This document shows, in pieces, positions 1 through 13,385 of a stretch of 64,000 nucleotides of DNA (its first letter is position 1; each line of letters starts with the position of its first letter). The position numbers and the translations under genes were made by a program. This DNA is from Lama guanicoe (taxonomy: Eukaryota), in NCBI GenBank assembly GCA_013239625.1, contig MU053431.1, forward strand, positions 744,001 through 808,000, in the 5' to 3' direction. Below the pieces are notes generated by a model. The model saw only the letters and a program-made list of their open reading frames with translations. It searched no databases and had not been told where the DNA came from.

Positions 1-1559
1 CAACATCACCCTCCCCCTCGATGGAAAGCAGCTGTTTTATTTCTGATTGACTCTTTCTTTGAGCAAATCCTCCAGAATCAAGTTACTTGAAGGGTAATTG
101 TTCCTGACGAACATCTTGCTTTTCCCTCCGTGCAGCTGCGGTTGTTCGGTCTCGGTCCCACCATTGACTGACTGGCGTGTTTACTGCTTGACTCTGCCCC
201 CTCCTTTCACTGTGGGTCCGTGTTGTCTGGTTCTCTCAGTCGAGGGAGGTTGTGTTCTGTAAGTTTTAGGGAGAGTTACGTTTCGCTTTCCTGTGTTCCT
301 CATATATAGGGTAAGAAATGTTTAATCTCAACCACTTTAAAATTGAGTGTCTCAATACAGCATCCTCAGACTTTGACACGAGCCCATTAACTGACAAGAT
401 CTAAGTTTCAGGGCGAAGCTGACCAGTCTCGGACGTGCAGGCATCACCTCTACAAAGTCTGGAAACGTGTGTCACTCAGTTGCATGGACTCCCCTTTAGG
501 TATTAGATTTCCTACTCACATGCATATTTAGTCCATCACCAAAAATGGCTAGGAGGTAGCCACGGTCCTCCCGGAGCTGTGCAGGGGCAGACGTTCCGTA
601 ATCTCACGTGAGTGGCAGTAACTCCCGGGCTTCCCCCGGGTTTTGGACGTCGAGGGCATCCTTGTGAGGAGCCAGGGCACACGTCCTAACAGAGCCAGGA
701 GGCCTGGGATCAGGGCAGGAGTGAGGAACAGGGCGGAAAGGGGGCACCGGGGTGCCAGTCTTCCTGCCCCACGACTGCAGACCCCCGCGTCCCGGGCGGG
801 GTTATTCTGGAGGCATCAGACCATCAGCTGCCCCACCACAGTTCTGTCTTGGAGAACGTGCCCCACCCAACCCTGAAGGGCCACCCACACCACACTGAAC
901 CCTCAGTCCCACCACAGGTGACAGGCCCAGGGGTTCAGACACGGTGCTTGTATGGGTAGAAGGACGCTGAATGCCAGAGGGACGTGGGGTGGGGGCACTG
1001 AAAGAGGCAAAGAGAGAAAGAGGGGACAGAACAGAAAGGAGAGGTGGTGAGCCCTTGAGAGACAGGGAGATGGCCACATCTCCTGACCCCTCAGGTTCTG
1101 CTTTGAGCCTGGGGTCCAGCCATGCGTCACCTGTACGGTACTCGTGGTTCACTGTCACCACCACTGTGTGTCCTCTGAACCATCAAAGGCTCAAAGTAAA
1201 ACCCCCGTGAGAGTCTGGTTCAGCACGTATGCCCAGGACACGGCTGCAGGCCGGGGCCGAGTGGCTCCCAGAAGAAACGAGGAGCGAGCTCAAGAAAGGG
1301 TCAGCACGTCAACTAGGCGCCCGCAGCGAGGTGGCCGGTGGCACAGGTCAGAGTGACCAGTGGAACTACAGTGAGACATGCAGGTAAACACAGTAAAGGA
1401 AAAACGTTCCTTAGTTGACAGTAGAATAAAAAGCGTTTGATAGAACCAGTGGCGTAATTATGAAGCTGTGACCCCCCGCGTTTTGAACAGCGGACATGGG
1501 GAAGGTTTTGAACCTTCCCCATGTCCGCCCGCAGAGGAGCCACTGGGGTTTATGCAGGG

Positions 1560-2190
1560 CACGCTGACCCACCCAGGGTCTGAGCGTGAATATTAGTCTT
1601 CCACAAGAGGAATCGGAGCTCCTCAGAGAGCAATTGATCTGAGACTCTGCAGAAGAATAAAGTCAAGATGATCCTGGAACATCCTGCTGAAAGAATTCTT
1701 TCTACAGTGTTTGGGAATCATATCAAAAGGACAAAAGAAGCTGACCCAGGAGGCTCCCAGCAGACGCCCTGGGACAATGTGAGCATCACCAAGAAAGGGG
1801 TGATTACCAGTACCCAGAACTAAGTCAACTCAGTGAAAAACCACAGACCTCGACTGATGCTCAAAACAGGGAAAGCTCGTATCAAGCTTGCAAAGTTTCT
1901 GTGAAAGGGTGGCGGCGGCTGGAGACGAGCTGGTGCGAGACTGTAAGCCTGCAGGTTCCTTGCTGGTTGATGGGAGAAAATCCACATGCTGCAGGGACCC
2001 GGCAGCCCCCGCTCTCACCCAACAAGCAAACCTCTCGCCCCTCACGGTGAAGGCGCCGGCCGCACGTGCGTCCACCACGGGCCCGCAGCGAAGCACGAAC
2101 GGGTGTGCTGTGAGTCAGCGCCTCACCCAGACTTCACGGCAGCCCTTTCCCCTTTATTGTTTAAACTGGTTTGAGTTGGAGTTTTAGTAA
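1560..2190 (+). mobile_element. Old L1 (L1MC-like) 3' UTR fragment
   Basis: atgatcctggaacatcctg...tcaaaaggacaaaagaagctgacccaggaggctccc...ctgggacaatgtgagcatca resembles the recalled L1MC 3' UTR consensus. Confidence 0.55.
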
Positions 2191-3759
2191 AAATCAGCTA
2201 AGAAGCAGCAAGTCACTTAGATCCCCATGCACAACCTAGGACTCTTTGGGAAAGACCAGCCCCGCTTCCTCCTGGTCGGCGGGGAAGAACTCTGAGAAGC
2301 CTGGGTCTCCCGGCACCGTGACTAACGTGCGGCCGATGGGGTTAGATCGTTCACGCGCTCGTAGGACACGGAGAGGCTCCCCCCCACCTCCTCCTCTCCA
2401 GTCAGCTTCGCCCACAAAGAGCAGGAAGCCAGGCTGGGGTGCAGCCATTGTGGCCTTTGACAGGACTGCCCAGGAAGGGACACGGCTCACCACTGGGTCT
2501 TCCTTTTATTCTGACTGGTCTTGCAGACAGATTTCTCACTCTTTGGAATTCTGCAGGGGTACATCTGGGACCTCGGTCTCTACATTCTAAGTGAGTCCCT
2601 TTCTGACTCCCATTAGCTCTGGTTCTCGGGGTGTCACTTCACTTCTCAAATCTCAAAACTGCTGGCAAAAGGCGATGCCTCATTTGGAGCAGAACCATTT
2701 AGCAGGACCAGTAATATCTATTATTATCCTGGCGGCGTCAGTGATAAATTCCACCAGACTTCCACTGGGGTCACTGGCGCACATCGTGGTATCACATGTC
2801 TTGGCAATGAAGAGGTTCTCTCTCCAAGAGGGGGTTGGGGGCGGCAGTCTTCCATTGTTTCATTAACTTCCCAAAACACATCCAGGTGTGTGATGCTGAA
2901 TTCGTTGCGACAGGACAGGCGACTTAGCACCAAGATTTGTCTGCCTTGGTTCCTTCCTTCACACACCATGTTTTCTTGAATTGGAGCTCCCCTGCTCAGT
3001 GTTCCCTGAGTGTCAAATTTTTAACTAAGACTTCTTTCCACAACCTCCATGGTATTCAAAGGACTGAGACATACATGTCAAATATTTTAAGTCATTTACA
3101 AACGTATTGAGATTTTCTAATGGTAAATGAGCAGAATGGGGCTGTGGATGGCAAAATTACCAGTTGCATACAGTAATCAGCGGTTGTCTACCACCCATAC
3201 GAGACACAGTGGAGAGGAGGCCGGACAGATTTAGCGACTCAATGGATGCATCCAAAAGCACCACTTAGAACCCAGTATTTATTTTCCATGGAGAAGAATA
3301 ACTGTGCTGTTTCCTACTAGGAAATTTATGGCGCTTTTTTTCTGTTTAACCAATAACACCTTATGGGCACTTGAAAATTATATTCGCTTATGGATCAAAC
3401 AGCCATTTTCATTTGTCCTGACAGAAAAGCACAAATTGCAGTGGGGTCCCCAAAGACCAGGTTCAGGCACGGCTCTGCTAGAATAAACATGGCTACAGCC
3501 AAACTCCCCATCACTCAGCCTGGGGCTGATGACTTGCTCAGGCCACTCCCTTCACAGGGAAGCCAGACTCTGCTCTTCCTTGAGGCCCAGGCTCAGTCTT
3601 CTCTTCCCACAAACTTCTCTCCAGACATCTCTGCGCTGACTGCTCTCTCCCTGCAGGCCTCCATGGTAGGTGGACCAGTCAGCCCCCCTTTTCACCTCTC
3701 TAAAATCCATGCCCTTACTCTGTCACTTTCCAGCTCCTCTTACTAAGCACAGAGTTTGT

Positions 3760-4000
3760 TACCATGCACCTAAGTTTTGGATTTGGCCGCACTGTTTGTT
3801 CCGGCCAATGGAATTTGGAAAGAGGAATATTCGCAAATTCTAAGCCTAGGACAGGAGTTTAAAACTGCCAAGCAGAGCCCAGACAAGACCAGCAAAACCA
3901 CCCTGGCTAATGCACAGACGCATGAAAACTAAATGCTGATTTTTATCCACAACTAATGCTTTGTGGCTGTTTGTTACACAGCACTACCTGATTGATACAA
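3760..4000 (+). mobile_element. MaLR LTR (MLT1-type) 3' part
   Basis: Ends with a typical MLT1 terminus: tttgtggctgtttgttacacagcactacctgattgataca. Confidence 0.65.
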
Positions 4001-5359
4001 CCTCCTATAGTGTTTTTTTCATGCAGTGCAATGAGTGTGACAGATACGCATCTCAGCCAACTGATACACATATTTATGGCATTTTTCCCCCCAAAACTCA
4101 ACCCAATCCCCAGGCCCCATGCTCCTTAAGTGGGATAAATTCAGTCTCATTCTGTTTAACTCTGCCCATTGCCTTTACCCTGTCTTTGTAACAAAATTCT
4201 AAAAGTTTACAAAGTACGAAGACAGGGAGGGGCCCCTGTGGTCCTTAATGTCATCCACCTACAAAGCTGATTACTAGATGTCCATTAGTCATGGCCCATT
4301 TAGATCGCCCTGGGGACATCCTCGCCCACCTGGGCCCTTCTGACATAGAGTCTCTCTCTTCCACATCTGTCACATGGGGACATCCTGTTGTTCCAACCAT
4401 GTGCTTGGATCTGAACTACTCTGTGTGGTGCCCTTGCGCCTCCTTTGACTCATCAGAGCAGCCACATTGTCCCTGAACTATCCCTAGAGAGAGGTATCCT
4501 CTCCCTCTGTGCTGGGCCTGACAAGCCTCTCCGGACTTGGCCTCCTTTCCTGCTGCTTAGTCCAGGAGTGACGGCAGGGGGCCCATTTCTACAGTGCCAG
4601 CTAGTGGCTGTCCCCCTCAGGTCACGGGAACCCCTCCGTCTTCCCAAGGAGGCTCTTCTGGTCTGAGGGCAAGAAAGACGGTCCTTTGTTTTCTCCCAAA
4701 TGAGCTGACTATTCCTTGAGTCTTTTTGTTTGCCTAGGGACCTGGACTTTTGAGATACAAGATCCAGGAAGAGATGCCATGTATTCTGACGTCACCATTC
4801 TCCTTTCCGTCAAGAACCACGGACAACGGTGATGCGTGCGTGTCGATTCTGAGGCAGCATAACACTTTGCAGAGGCGTGAAAGAGGCAGTATGAGTTTGC
4901 TTTTTGTTAAGAGAGCTTACTGTTTGGTTCAACAACAACAACATAACAAGTAAAAGAAGCAATTAATTAGTTGGATTAGTCACATTTCACTACGACTAAT
5001 CTCCCAATCACGGATGAAGACCTCGGCTAGGAGTGCCCGCGCCACGGTGGTAGCGGCGGTCTCCACGGCACAGCTGGCGTCTGGCTTGTTGGTTTGCTGC
5101 GCTTGTCCCTCTCAGCGACAGTCAGCGATGACAACAGAGCTCTTCACAGGTGGATCTTCGGTTCATTGAAAGTTAAAGAGCTACAGAAAACGCAGTGATG
5201 CAAGTCAGGGAAAAGAGCGAGTCCCCTCTGCACGGCCATTTCTGATTCACCAAACCAGGGCTGTGTTATCAGCCTTGGCTTCGCGGTAGGACAAACTCTG
5301 AGGAAATTCACAGAAAGAGCATCTTGGAGCTCCGTAGAGGGTCCCCCGGGCATGTTCAG

Positions 5360-5900
5360 CTGAGTGCTGATTAGAACATACAGCCCAAGGGGCCTACCTG
5401 TGGCCGGGGAGAGAGCCGCCTGAAAGGACTGGAGGGAACAGTAACAGGCATCCGTACGGGGCCGGGAACAGCACGTCTGCTCCTCGGTCTAGCTGAGAAA
5501 ACCTGTAATTCATCGAACGTTTGTCAAAGTATTCAGGAGGGTTTTGCTTCCGTAGAAGCGAAAAATTAGCTCCAGACTAAGCACAGCTCTCGAGCCGCCT
5601 AGAACAGTATAAAAGACCTGGAAGGACTAACCTGTCTCCAAGTAACTTACACGCATTTGAAAAAATAAAAACACACACACACACTTAGAATATCAACAAG
5701 AATACAAAAATAAGCAGCTCTTAAAAGATACAAACCACACAATGTCTAGCTGTAACCAAAGATTACCAGACATACAAAGAGGCAGAAAACACCACCCAAA
5801 TGAGAATGATTGATTGGAATTAGCTCAGAACTGGTGTTAGAATTAACAGAAAAAGACATTAATACAGTTATTGTAACTCTATTCCATATGTTCAAAACAT
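5360..5900 (+). mobile_element. Old L1M 5' UTR/ORF1-start fragment
   Basis: A-rich aaagattaccagacatacaaagaggcagaaaac...ttagaattaacagaaaaagacattaatacagttattgtaact...tatgttcaaa, typical of L1M ORF1 starts. Confidence 0.6.
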
Positions 5901-6904
5901 CACTTAGAGAGAGGCCTGGAGGATGTAAGAGAGATACGAGAAGTTTTTGAAGATACCACCCCCACACAACTTCAGTCAAAGTCTCCAGAAAGGGGGCCCA
6001 TCTATACGTGTATTTTTTTAAAGCTACTCCAATGAGTTGAGTCGAGAAACACTGCACTCACAAAAATCTAACACACTCCAAGGACTCCCAGCTTCGAAGA
6101 ACTTCTTATTTGCCTTCAGGAAGCCACAGCACACTCAGAAGTTCCCAATTCATTGATCAGGGTTCCCCTCAAGGAGCAAGGAAGATTCAGGGCCTGTGTG
6201 CACCCTCGCCACGCAGTGCCCTGCCACATCACAAGAAGAACACTTGGGACAGTGGCATTTCCCTAGCACAGCCAAATAAGACATAAAACCAAAGAGCAAA
6301 TCACAGTTTCTGGAAAAATGTGTGCGGTGACTGTGACCTGTTTCTGCAGTGCACGTACACTTAGCCATTTCCATGAAAACCTGACATAAGTCTTCAGGTT
6401 TCAAAACACCTACAAATTCCACCCCTCTTCACGCGAGCTGGCGAGTGCACTCTCACATCCTCCTGAGCACCTGCAGGGACCCAGCACTGTGTTTCTAGCA
6501 GGCAGTAAGGAAACACTTGCTGAGCTGCTTCAATTGGGTGGTACGTGGAGAGTCCTCTTGTAAACCGAGCTAGTTTTGAAGAGCATCGCAAACATACGCA
6601 GATCACAGACACTGATGGGTGGATAGAAGACCTGCGTGCAGCGTGGGGCTCTGAAAACGCCAGGGAGCCTGGGTTCCACCCCACACTGGTGAGGCCAGAC
6701 TGCCAGGGGAGGCCTCTAAGTGTGGGCATCTTCTAGAAACACCCTAGGTAGTGCGGATGCTACCAGGGTTACCTCTGTTGCTGCAGGCATGGGTGCTGAA
6801 TAACAGTGCATCTTTCTCAGCACTTTGACGACTCAGACAAAAGGTTCAGTCCAGTATTAGAAAGTCTTTAACGTGTCTTTAACTCTTGGGTTTTTCTGGT
6901 GTTC

Positions 6905-7730
6905 TTTTTAAATTGAAATATATTTGATATATAATGTTGTATAAATTTAAGGTGTGTGTGTTAATTTGATCTCTTATATACTGCAACATGATTGCCATGG
7001 CAGCGATAATTAGCACTTCCATCAAGCCCATAATTATCATCTGTTTAGTGGTTGGAATTATTAAGATCTAGTCTCTTAGAAAGTTTGATGATTGTAATGC
7101 GATCGTGCTGTCTGCGCTCACTATTCTGTGCTCCGGATGTCTAGGACCTAACACTGCTGCTTTTACGTCTGTGCCCTTCAGCAGCCTCTGTCCTAGCCCC
7201 CATCCCGCCCCCTCAACCCCTATTTCACTCTCTACTTTTACAAGTTTGGCCTTTTTAGATTCCACGTACAAGTGATGCTGTACCGTACTTGTCTTTCTCT
7301 GTCTGACTTATCTCCCTCAAGTTTCATCCGTATTATCGCACGCGGCACGTGGCTGGAGGTCCTTCTTTCCCACGGCCGATTAATGTTCCTCTGCGTGTGT
7401 GCGCATGCGGACATAAATCTCACATCTCTTCTATTGATTCGCCACCCGATGGACACTTGGGTTCTTTCCGTGTCTTGGTTCCTGCAGCTCATGCTGCAGT
7501 AAACACGGGAGTGCATCTGTCCCTTTGATATCCCATTTTCATTTCCGTGGCTATATACCCAGAAGCAGGGTGGCTGGACCATACGGCGGTTCTATCTGTA
7601 ATTCTTTGAGGAGCCTCCACGTGTTTTCCACAGTGGCTGAACCAACTTATGCACCTACCAACAGTGCACAAGTTTACCTTTTCTCCACATTTCCACCAAC
7701 ACTTGTTACCTCTTGTGTTCTTGACTCTTG
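6905..7730 (-). mobile_element. L1 3' end with ORF2 C-terminus (L1MA9-like)
   Basis: T-rich tail at ~6905. Hallmark antisense L1 text: ttttagattccacgtacaagtg, gacacttgggttctttcc, ctatatacccagaagcagggtggctggacc, tttgaggagcctccac, ttttctccacatttccaccaacacttgtta. The minus-strand ORF 7489-7797 contains NKCWWKCGEK, the ORF2p Cys-rich motif. Confidence 0.9.
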
Positions 7731-8189
7731 TTAACACATCCCTTTGACATACGGATCTCCAACTAAGAGTCTGGGAAGATAATGGTGCCTTTTTCAAATT
7801 TAATAATGTTTTTCTGGTTCACTCAGGGTCTTAGTGGCTGCCAGACTCATGCAATTGGAAGAGGCAGAGCTAAGATTCAAGCCTTATCCTGTCTGGAACC
7901 GAAGATACGATTATACACATGTCTTTGTAGATGTAAAAAGGGATGTACTTATACAACTTACATATAACTTACCAGGGTTTATGGATTGATTGTACATGGT
8001 GTAGCCTGAAGAATTAAGGGGGGTTTTGTAAGGGAGACTTACATGTGAGGTGAATCTGAATGATGGAGTCTTGTGGGGCAAGGGACATATGTTTCAAGCA
8101 GAAAGGTCAGAAAGTAAAATTTCAAAGGATGTTGGGGAGGGCCTCGGTAGGGCTGGAGTGCAGAGTTGAAGGATGAGTCCTGGCAAGAC

Positions 8190-8320
8190 GAGAGATAGCT
8201 TTCAATAAATGGTGGTGAACAATTGGACTTTCCTGCAGGAAAAAAAAAGGTACTTCTAACTCACATCATATGCAACAACCAGTTCAATGTGGATTAAAGG
8301 AATAAATGTGAAAGGCAATT
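8190..8320 (+). mobile_element. L1 ORF2 fragment
   Basis: tttcaataaatggtggtgaacaattgg...ctcacatcatatgcaacaaccagttcaatgtggattaaagg matches the L1 ORF2 FNKW...LTPYTKINS.WIK region. Confidence 0.65.
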
Positions 8321-8399
8321 GTTTCTGTAGATCGTAGGAAAGTGTAGAGGAGAATGAGTGCAGTCACTACCGACAAACCAATCAACTGGCTGTTGTTTG

Positions 8400-9735
8400 T
8401 CCTGAACTTGTGAGCAATCTGTCTTTTCTCTCTAGTTGCTTGAAGATCGTATCTTGTCTTTAGTTTTCTGCAGTTTCACTGAAATATGTCTAGGATTGTG
8501 TGTGGGGGGTAAAATTTTATTTATCCTTATTAAGATTAATTGCACTTCCTGGATCTGTGAATTGGTGTCTTTCTTCAGTTCTGGAAGATTCTATCTGCCG
8601 TTCAGTCACACACTGTTCCCAGCTTATTACTTCTTTCCTCTGATTTGGAACTCCAAATAGACATGTATTGTGTTTTTATAGTCCGTATTTCATGTCCGTT
8701 TTCCTCTCATATTTTTCCATTTCTGTGTCTATCTGGGCTGCATTTGGATAATGTTTTCAGATACTTGTTTCAGTAAACTAATTATCTTTTCATCTGTGTG
8801 TAATCTGCTGTCAAACCCACTTGCTGAGTTTTAGTTCTGATCCCTTCTCTTCTTTCACATTTGAAATTGGTTCTTTTCCAAATGTGTTTGGTCATTTTAT
8901 ACTCTCTCGCTTCCCCTATATTTGTAATCCTTTCATTTATCTCCAAAAACAAACCAAACACACTCATTTTTATATTTGGTAACTGACAATGTTAATATCT
9001 AAAAAATTCTACATAGTTGTTATACTGTCTGTTGTTTTGTGAGTCCTTGTTCGTGGTGCCTGGTGTTTCTGTGAGTTTATAACTTCTGAATGAGTTCATA
9101 TTTATTTAGAACCTCATCTATGGCCATTCCTCCTGCTCTGTGTTGAAGGTGTGATTACTTCCTTTCAGTTCTGTGAGTTTTTGAGAACGTCACCAGCAAG
9201 ACCTGCATTAAACAACACTCTCCATCTGAGGCTTCACAGACTAGGTATTAATGTAAATTCAGCCCTCAATGCTGAATTCTCAAGTTATCAATTTCAGGAC
9301 AGATTTTCCCTCTCTCACATCTGCCTCGAGGTTTGAGAGGACAGTGGCCCCGCAGCCCCTGGGGGTGGATTTGTCTCCACTTGACCTTGCATTGGGTGCA
9401 GACTCTTGGGCGCCCAGGTTTATGGGGAAGGAACTCTTGGTCTACTTAGCACCTTGGACAGATCCCGAGCTTTGCTTTCTCTCCCTGCAGCTTGAGGCTC
9501 TAAATGAAGCTCTGATATGCTGGGCTGTCAGACGCCCTCAAGGTAGAGCCAGCTTCCCTGCTCTTATCACCTCTCTGGGTTCCAGTAATAATCAGTTGCT
9601 GGCCTCCAAGTATAATTTACTTTCTTGACGGCACATCATGCATTTTAAAGGTTTGCTTTTTTTTTTTTTAATCCAGCGTTTTGGGTTGGTTTCAGTGGAG
9701 TCTGTCATATCTAGCCCACCATTCTGCCAGAAGGC
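8400..9735 (-). mobile_element. Ancient L1ME/HAL1-like 5' end and ORF1
   Basis: T-rich antisense ORF1-like text (ttttctgcagtttcactgaaatatgtctagg, tcttcagttctggaagattct, taatctgctgtcaaaccc) ending in ccaccattctgccagaag, typical of old L1ME/HAL1 5' termini. Confidence 0.65.
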
Positions 9736-11170
9736 ATTCTTTGTAATAGCTGCATAAAATTCCACATTATAAACGTCCCACTTTTTAATCATTGTTGGAT
9801 GGATAGTCAGTTTGTCTCCAGATTGTTTGGTTTGGTTTTGATGCAAAAAGAGTCCTTACGCATGCATTTTTATGAGTGTGCGCTCTCATTTCTGAAGGAC
9901 TGGTTCAAAATACCAGAACGCCTATATCCACAGGACGCTGTGTTTGTAGATACATAGAGTCACACACATACCTGCAATATCTCGCAATGTGCACATTTAC
10001 CTCTTCTTTTGTCCCAAACTTTGAAAAATAAATAGTTTCAAGACTAGCATAACGAGCATGTGCACACACACCGACACTGATCCATATACTTACAGTATGT
10101 ACTGTTTTGTCGAACCACTGGAATCATATAGCCATCAGGACACGTTAGCACTAAATATATCAACATGTATTTTTAAAAAAAACCACCACGTAACTACAAC
10201 GTAGTTATCACACACAGGAAACGCAATGTTAATATCTTACTATCGAGAATGCTATTCATAGTCAAATGTCTCCAATTGTCCCCAAAACACCTTTTACAGA
10301 TGTTTTGTTTTTTAATCCAGGAGAAAGTCCAAGATCAATTAAAGATCACAGATTGCCTTTAGCTGCAAAATTCCCTTAATCCCTTTTTAACCTGGAACGG
10401 TTCTCTTAGCTTTATTTTTATTTTTGCCTTTCACGGCATTGGTCTTTTGATGAGTCCAGGGTAGCCATTTTACAGAATATCCCTCAAGTGCATTTATCTG
10501 ACTTGATTTGATTCACGGTAACCATCTGTGGTCGGAACACCTCCTGGGAACTGCACACCACATCAGAGGATGCGCGCAACCACCGGTTCCCGTTACTCGC
10601 TGTGCTAAGTCTGAGCACTTGGTTAGTGTGGGGTCTGCCGTTTCCCCCCTGTTAAGCTATCCTTTGCCCATAGTAATCAATAAGTAATTTATGAGACCAG
10701 ACTTCGATCACGTAGTCAGCCTCCTCACCAGCAATCTTCCGTGCAGTGACTTCAGCGTTCATAGACGGTTCTTGCCTGAATCAGTAATTATTATGGTGAC
10801 TGTACAGTGGCGATTTCCTGTTTCTTTTATTCTTCTACATTTAGTAATTGATATTTTTCTGTAAAGAAGAGCTTTCCCATGTACCTCAATTTTTAAAATG
10901 TTCATTCACTTATTTATATGAGTGTGGACTTGTGGATTCTTTGGGTTTTTTTCCCCTTATTTGATGTGTTCTGACCCATTTCCTGGACCTGGCCAGTGGG
11001 AACCCCTCAGACTGGCCATGGTGTTCTTTTCTGTCTCCAAACATTTGTGAGCACTTTCTTCACCTGAGCACAGGAGCATGTTCCCATTTCATCTTGTTCT
11101 TTCCAGCTCCAGCCCCCCACCCCCCACTGAATCCGTGGGGTCTCATGGCCCCAGCTCCTCTTGGAAGGAA
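9735..11170 (-). mobile_element. Old L1 3' UTR fragments (L1ME/L1MC4-5-like)
   Basis: caaatgtctccaattgtcccc, aatccagga...gatcacagattgcctttagctg, ttttacagaatatccctcaa, ttcttgcctgaatcagtaattattatgg and ggccagtgggaacccctcagactggc resemble the L1MC4/5 3' UTR. Confidence 0.7.
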
Positions 11171-11720
11171 CACCATTTAGAAGCTAGCACCTCTCTGAGT
11201 CTCCGACACGCTCTCCCCTTGACTCTCAGGGCGACGCCTTTCCCAGCCCCACTGCCGCCTCTGTGCATGTTCTGCGGGCTTGTCTTGCACGTATGTCTCT
11301 GCGGTTGGTCCTTCCTGTGACGCCGACGTGAAGTCCTTCCAGGCTCTCCTGGGATGGCGTCAACCCCCCCCCACAAGGTTTTCGTGATAATTTATACCCT
11401 GCCAACTCCCAGGCCACCGTCCCCGTGCTAGCCTGTCTCCAGAGCTCAAGTCCGCTGTTTACAACTGTATGCTCAACGCCCTGCAGACATCTCAGACCCA
11501 CTCACTTCACTTTCAATTAAAGGCATCACCACCCACCCAGTCTCCAGGACTTAAACATGTCACCTCCTTTCTCTGTCACCCAATTTCTCTATTTAGTAAC
11601 CAGATTCTGCCAGATCTAACCCAGAAATGTCTTGTGCACCACGTTTTCCTCTCCAAACCCAGTGCTATGTGAATCCCCACTCTCCCTCGTATGACGATCT
11701 CTTGTTCTGCAGTTCTCATG
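11150..11720 (+). mobile_element. L2 fragment
   Basis: ctccagagctcaagtcc...tttacaactgtatgctc, ggcatcaccacccacccagt and accagattctgccagatct...ttcctctccaaacccagtgc are L2-like. Strand assignment is tentative. Confidence 0.55.
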
Positions 11721-12519
11721 ACTTGTCTGGCTTCTTATGCCAGGATTACCTCCTGCAGAGTAAACGAGGTGACATGCGTGGCGTACATTCCTCAGCCCCC
11801 ACCCCCTTTCCTTCTTAGAGTAAACTCTGATGTTGATCTGCTCACAGGGACACCTAGCCACCTGGCTGTGTTCCCTCTAATGAGACGCAGCAAAATTGCA
11901 ATGTGGGATTTTGATGGAGGGCGCCCCTTCCTGCCTCTCTTCTCCTTCTAGCCTACAGCTCAGAAGGCTGCTCCCCAGGGGTCAACTCAGACCCTCAGCT
12001 GATCGGGAAGATGAGAGCCATGTGCTGAGCTGATGGGCAGAGAGATGGAAGCCAGCACCCCAGGTGACGCTATGGAAATATCTTCTCCTATGTCCCTCCT
12101 CCAAGTTACTGATGCCTTCCTCGAGGCTACTACCTACAAGATATCAACTTTGATCTTTTTTAAGCCATTACTTTTGGGCAGGGGGAGAGTGTGTCTCCTC
12201 TGGGCAGCTGCCCCAATCCCAGCTGGCAGCAGATGGCATCGTGGCAGAGCACATCGCCTTGGGAGCTAGCCACCACTGCCCTTGGAGTGAGCTGCAAGGT
12301 CTCCATCAAGCGACGTAACTACTTTAAGACTCACTTTATTCTCCACCAAGCAAACCCCTTTCCACTCTTCTTCAGTGGCCAGTTTCTACCCATGCTTCAG
12401 TATCTAAGCCAGGTGTCACCCCGAGAGAAGAGGGGCTTCTGGGTGCTAGTCGTGTTCTACATCTGGATAGGGATTCACTTAAGAAAGTCGTATCCTTAAG
12501 ATCTATACACTTGGGTGTC

Positions 12520-12800
12520 TCTCTCTCTGCATGTACGTGATGTGGATGGAGGTGCAGAGATGGAGGCAGATATAGTGATGGGTGTGGAAGTAGAAGTAGA
12601 GGTAGGTGTACAAGCAGAGAGAGCGCAGGTGGAGAGGGAAGGGTGGAGTAGATGTAGATGCAGAAGTAGGTGTCGAGATGGGTGTAGGTACAGATGTTGG
12701 TGTAGGTGTGGAGGCAGAGGTAGACATAGAAGCAGACGGAGATGGAGAGGTAGAGTCAAGGCAGAGAAGATGGAGAGTTAAGGGTAGAGACAGATGTAGG
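12520..12800. repeat. Degenerate purine-rich hexamer repeat (GTAGAK/GGAGAT-like)
   Basis: Directly visible runs such as gtagaagtagaggtaggtgta and gtagatgtagatgcagaagtagg. It generates the low-complexity ORFs at 12496-12811. Confidence 0.85.
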
Positions 12801-13385
12801 ACCGCCTCCATCTTCTTCTATGTCTACCTCTGTCTCCACACCTCCCTTTCCCAGACTGGCCAGTGCGCTCCCGCCCCCCCAGGAGCAGCCACACGAGGAC
12901 TCGCACGAAGCTCTCCGCCAACGTCCATGGACACACTTGCGAACAGAGATTCTTTACGCACAGTGCACATTTGGGGCCTTGACGAAATGACTTCCACGTG
13001 CCTGATTCCAAATGCGTGAAATCACGCCTCCTTTATTTAGTCTAAGACGACTTTCTTTACGCTGCACGAAACTACCTCCTGAACTTGGGGACCGGGATTT
13101 TGAAAACAAACGCTTCTCCCTCCCTCCATTCCCTTCGAGACTGAGCACACTTGATCCACATCCCCTGACCTTCCGTCTGGGAGACGACGCACCTCCGGGG
13201 CCCGATTCTGGGGAAGCCCCTGTCTCTGCTCCACCTCACAGTGGCTTCCTGAGTCATGCCGACCAGCACCGCAGACGTCCTCCAGGTGCGCAGGCCCCCA
13301 CCTTGCTGGACACTTGGGCAAGAAAGACAACAAAAGGCCCACGTGTGAAAGAGGGATGGTGTGTGGGCTCACATGATAATCATAG

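Noticed and set aside
12222-12242. CTCF-like motif ggcagcagatggcatc
   Set aside because: Partial match only, and such matches are frequent by chance in GC-rich DNA; needs a PWM scan or ChIP.
12496-13019. Ser/Thr-rich, Val/Glu-rich and His/Leu-rich ORFs
   Set aside because: Translations of the degenerate hexamer repeat.
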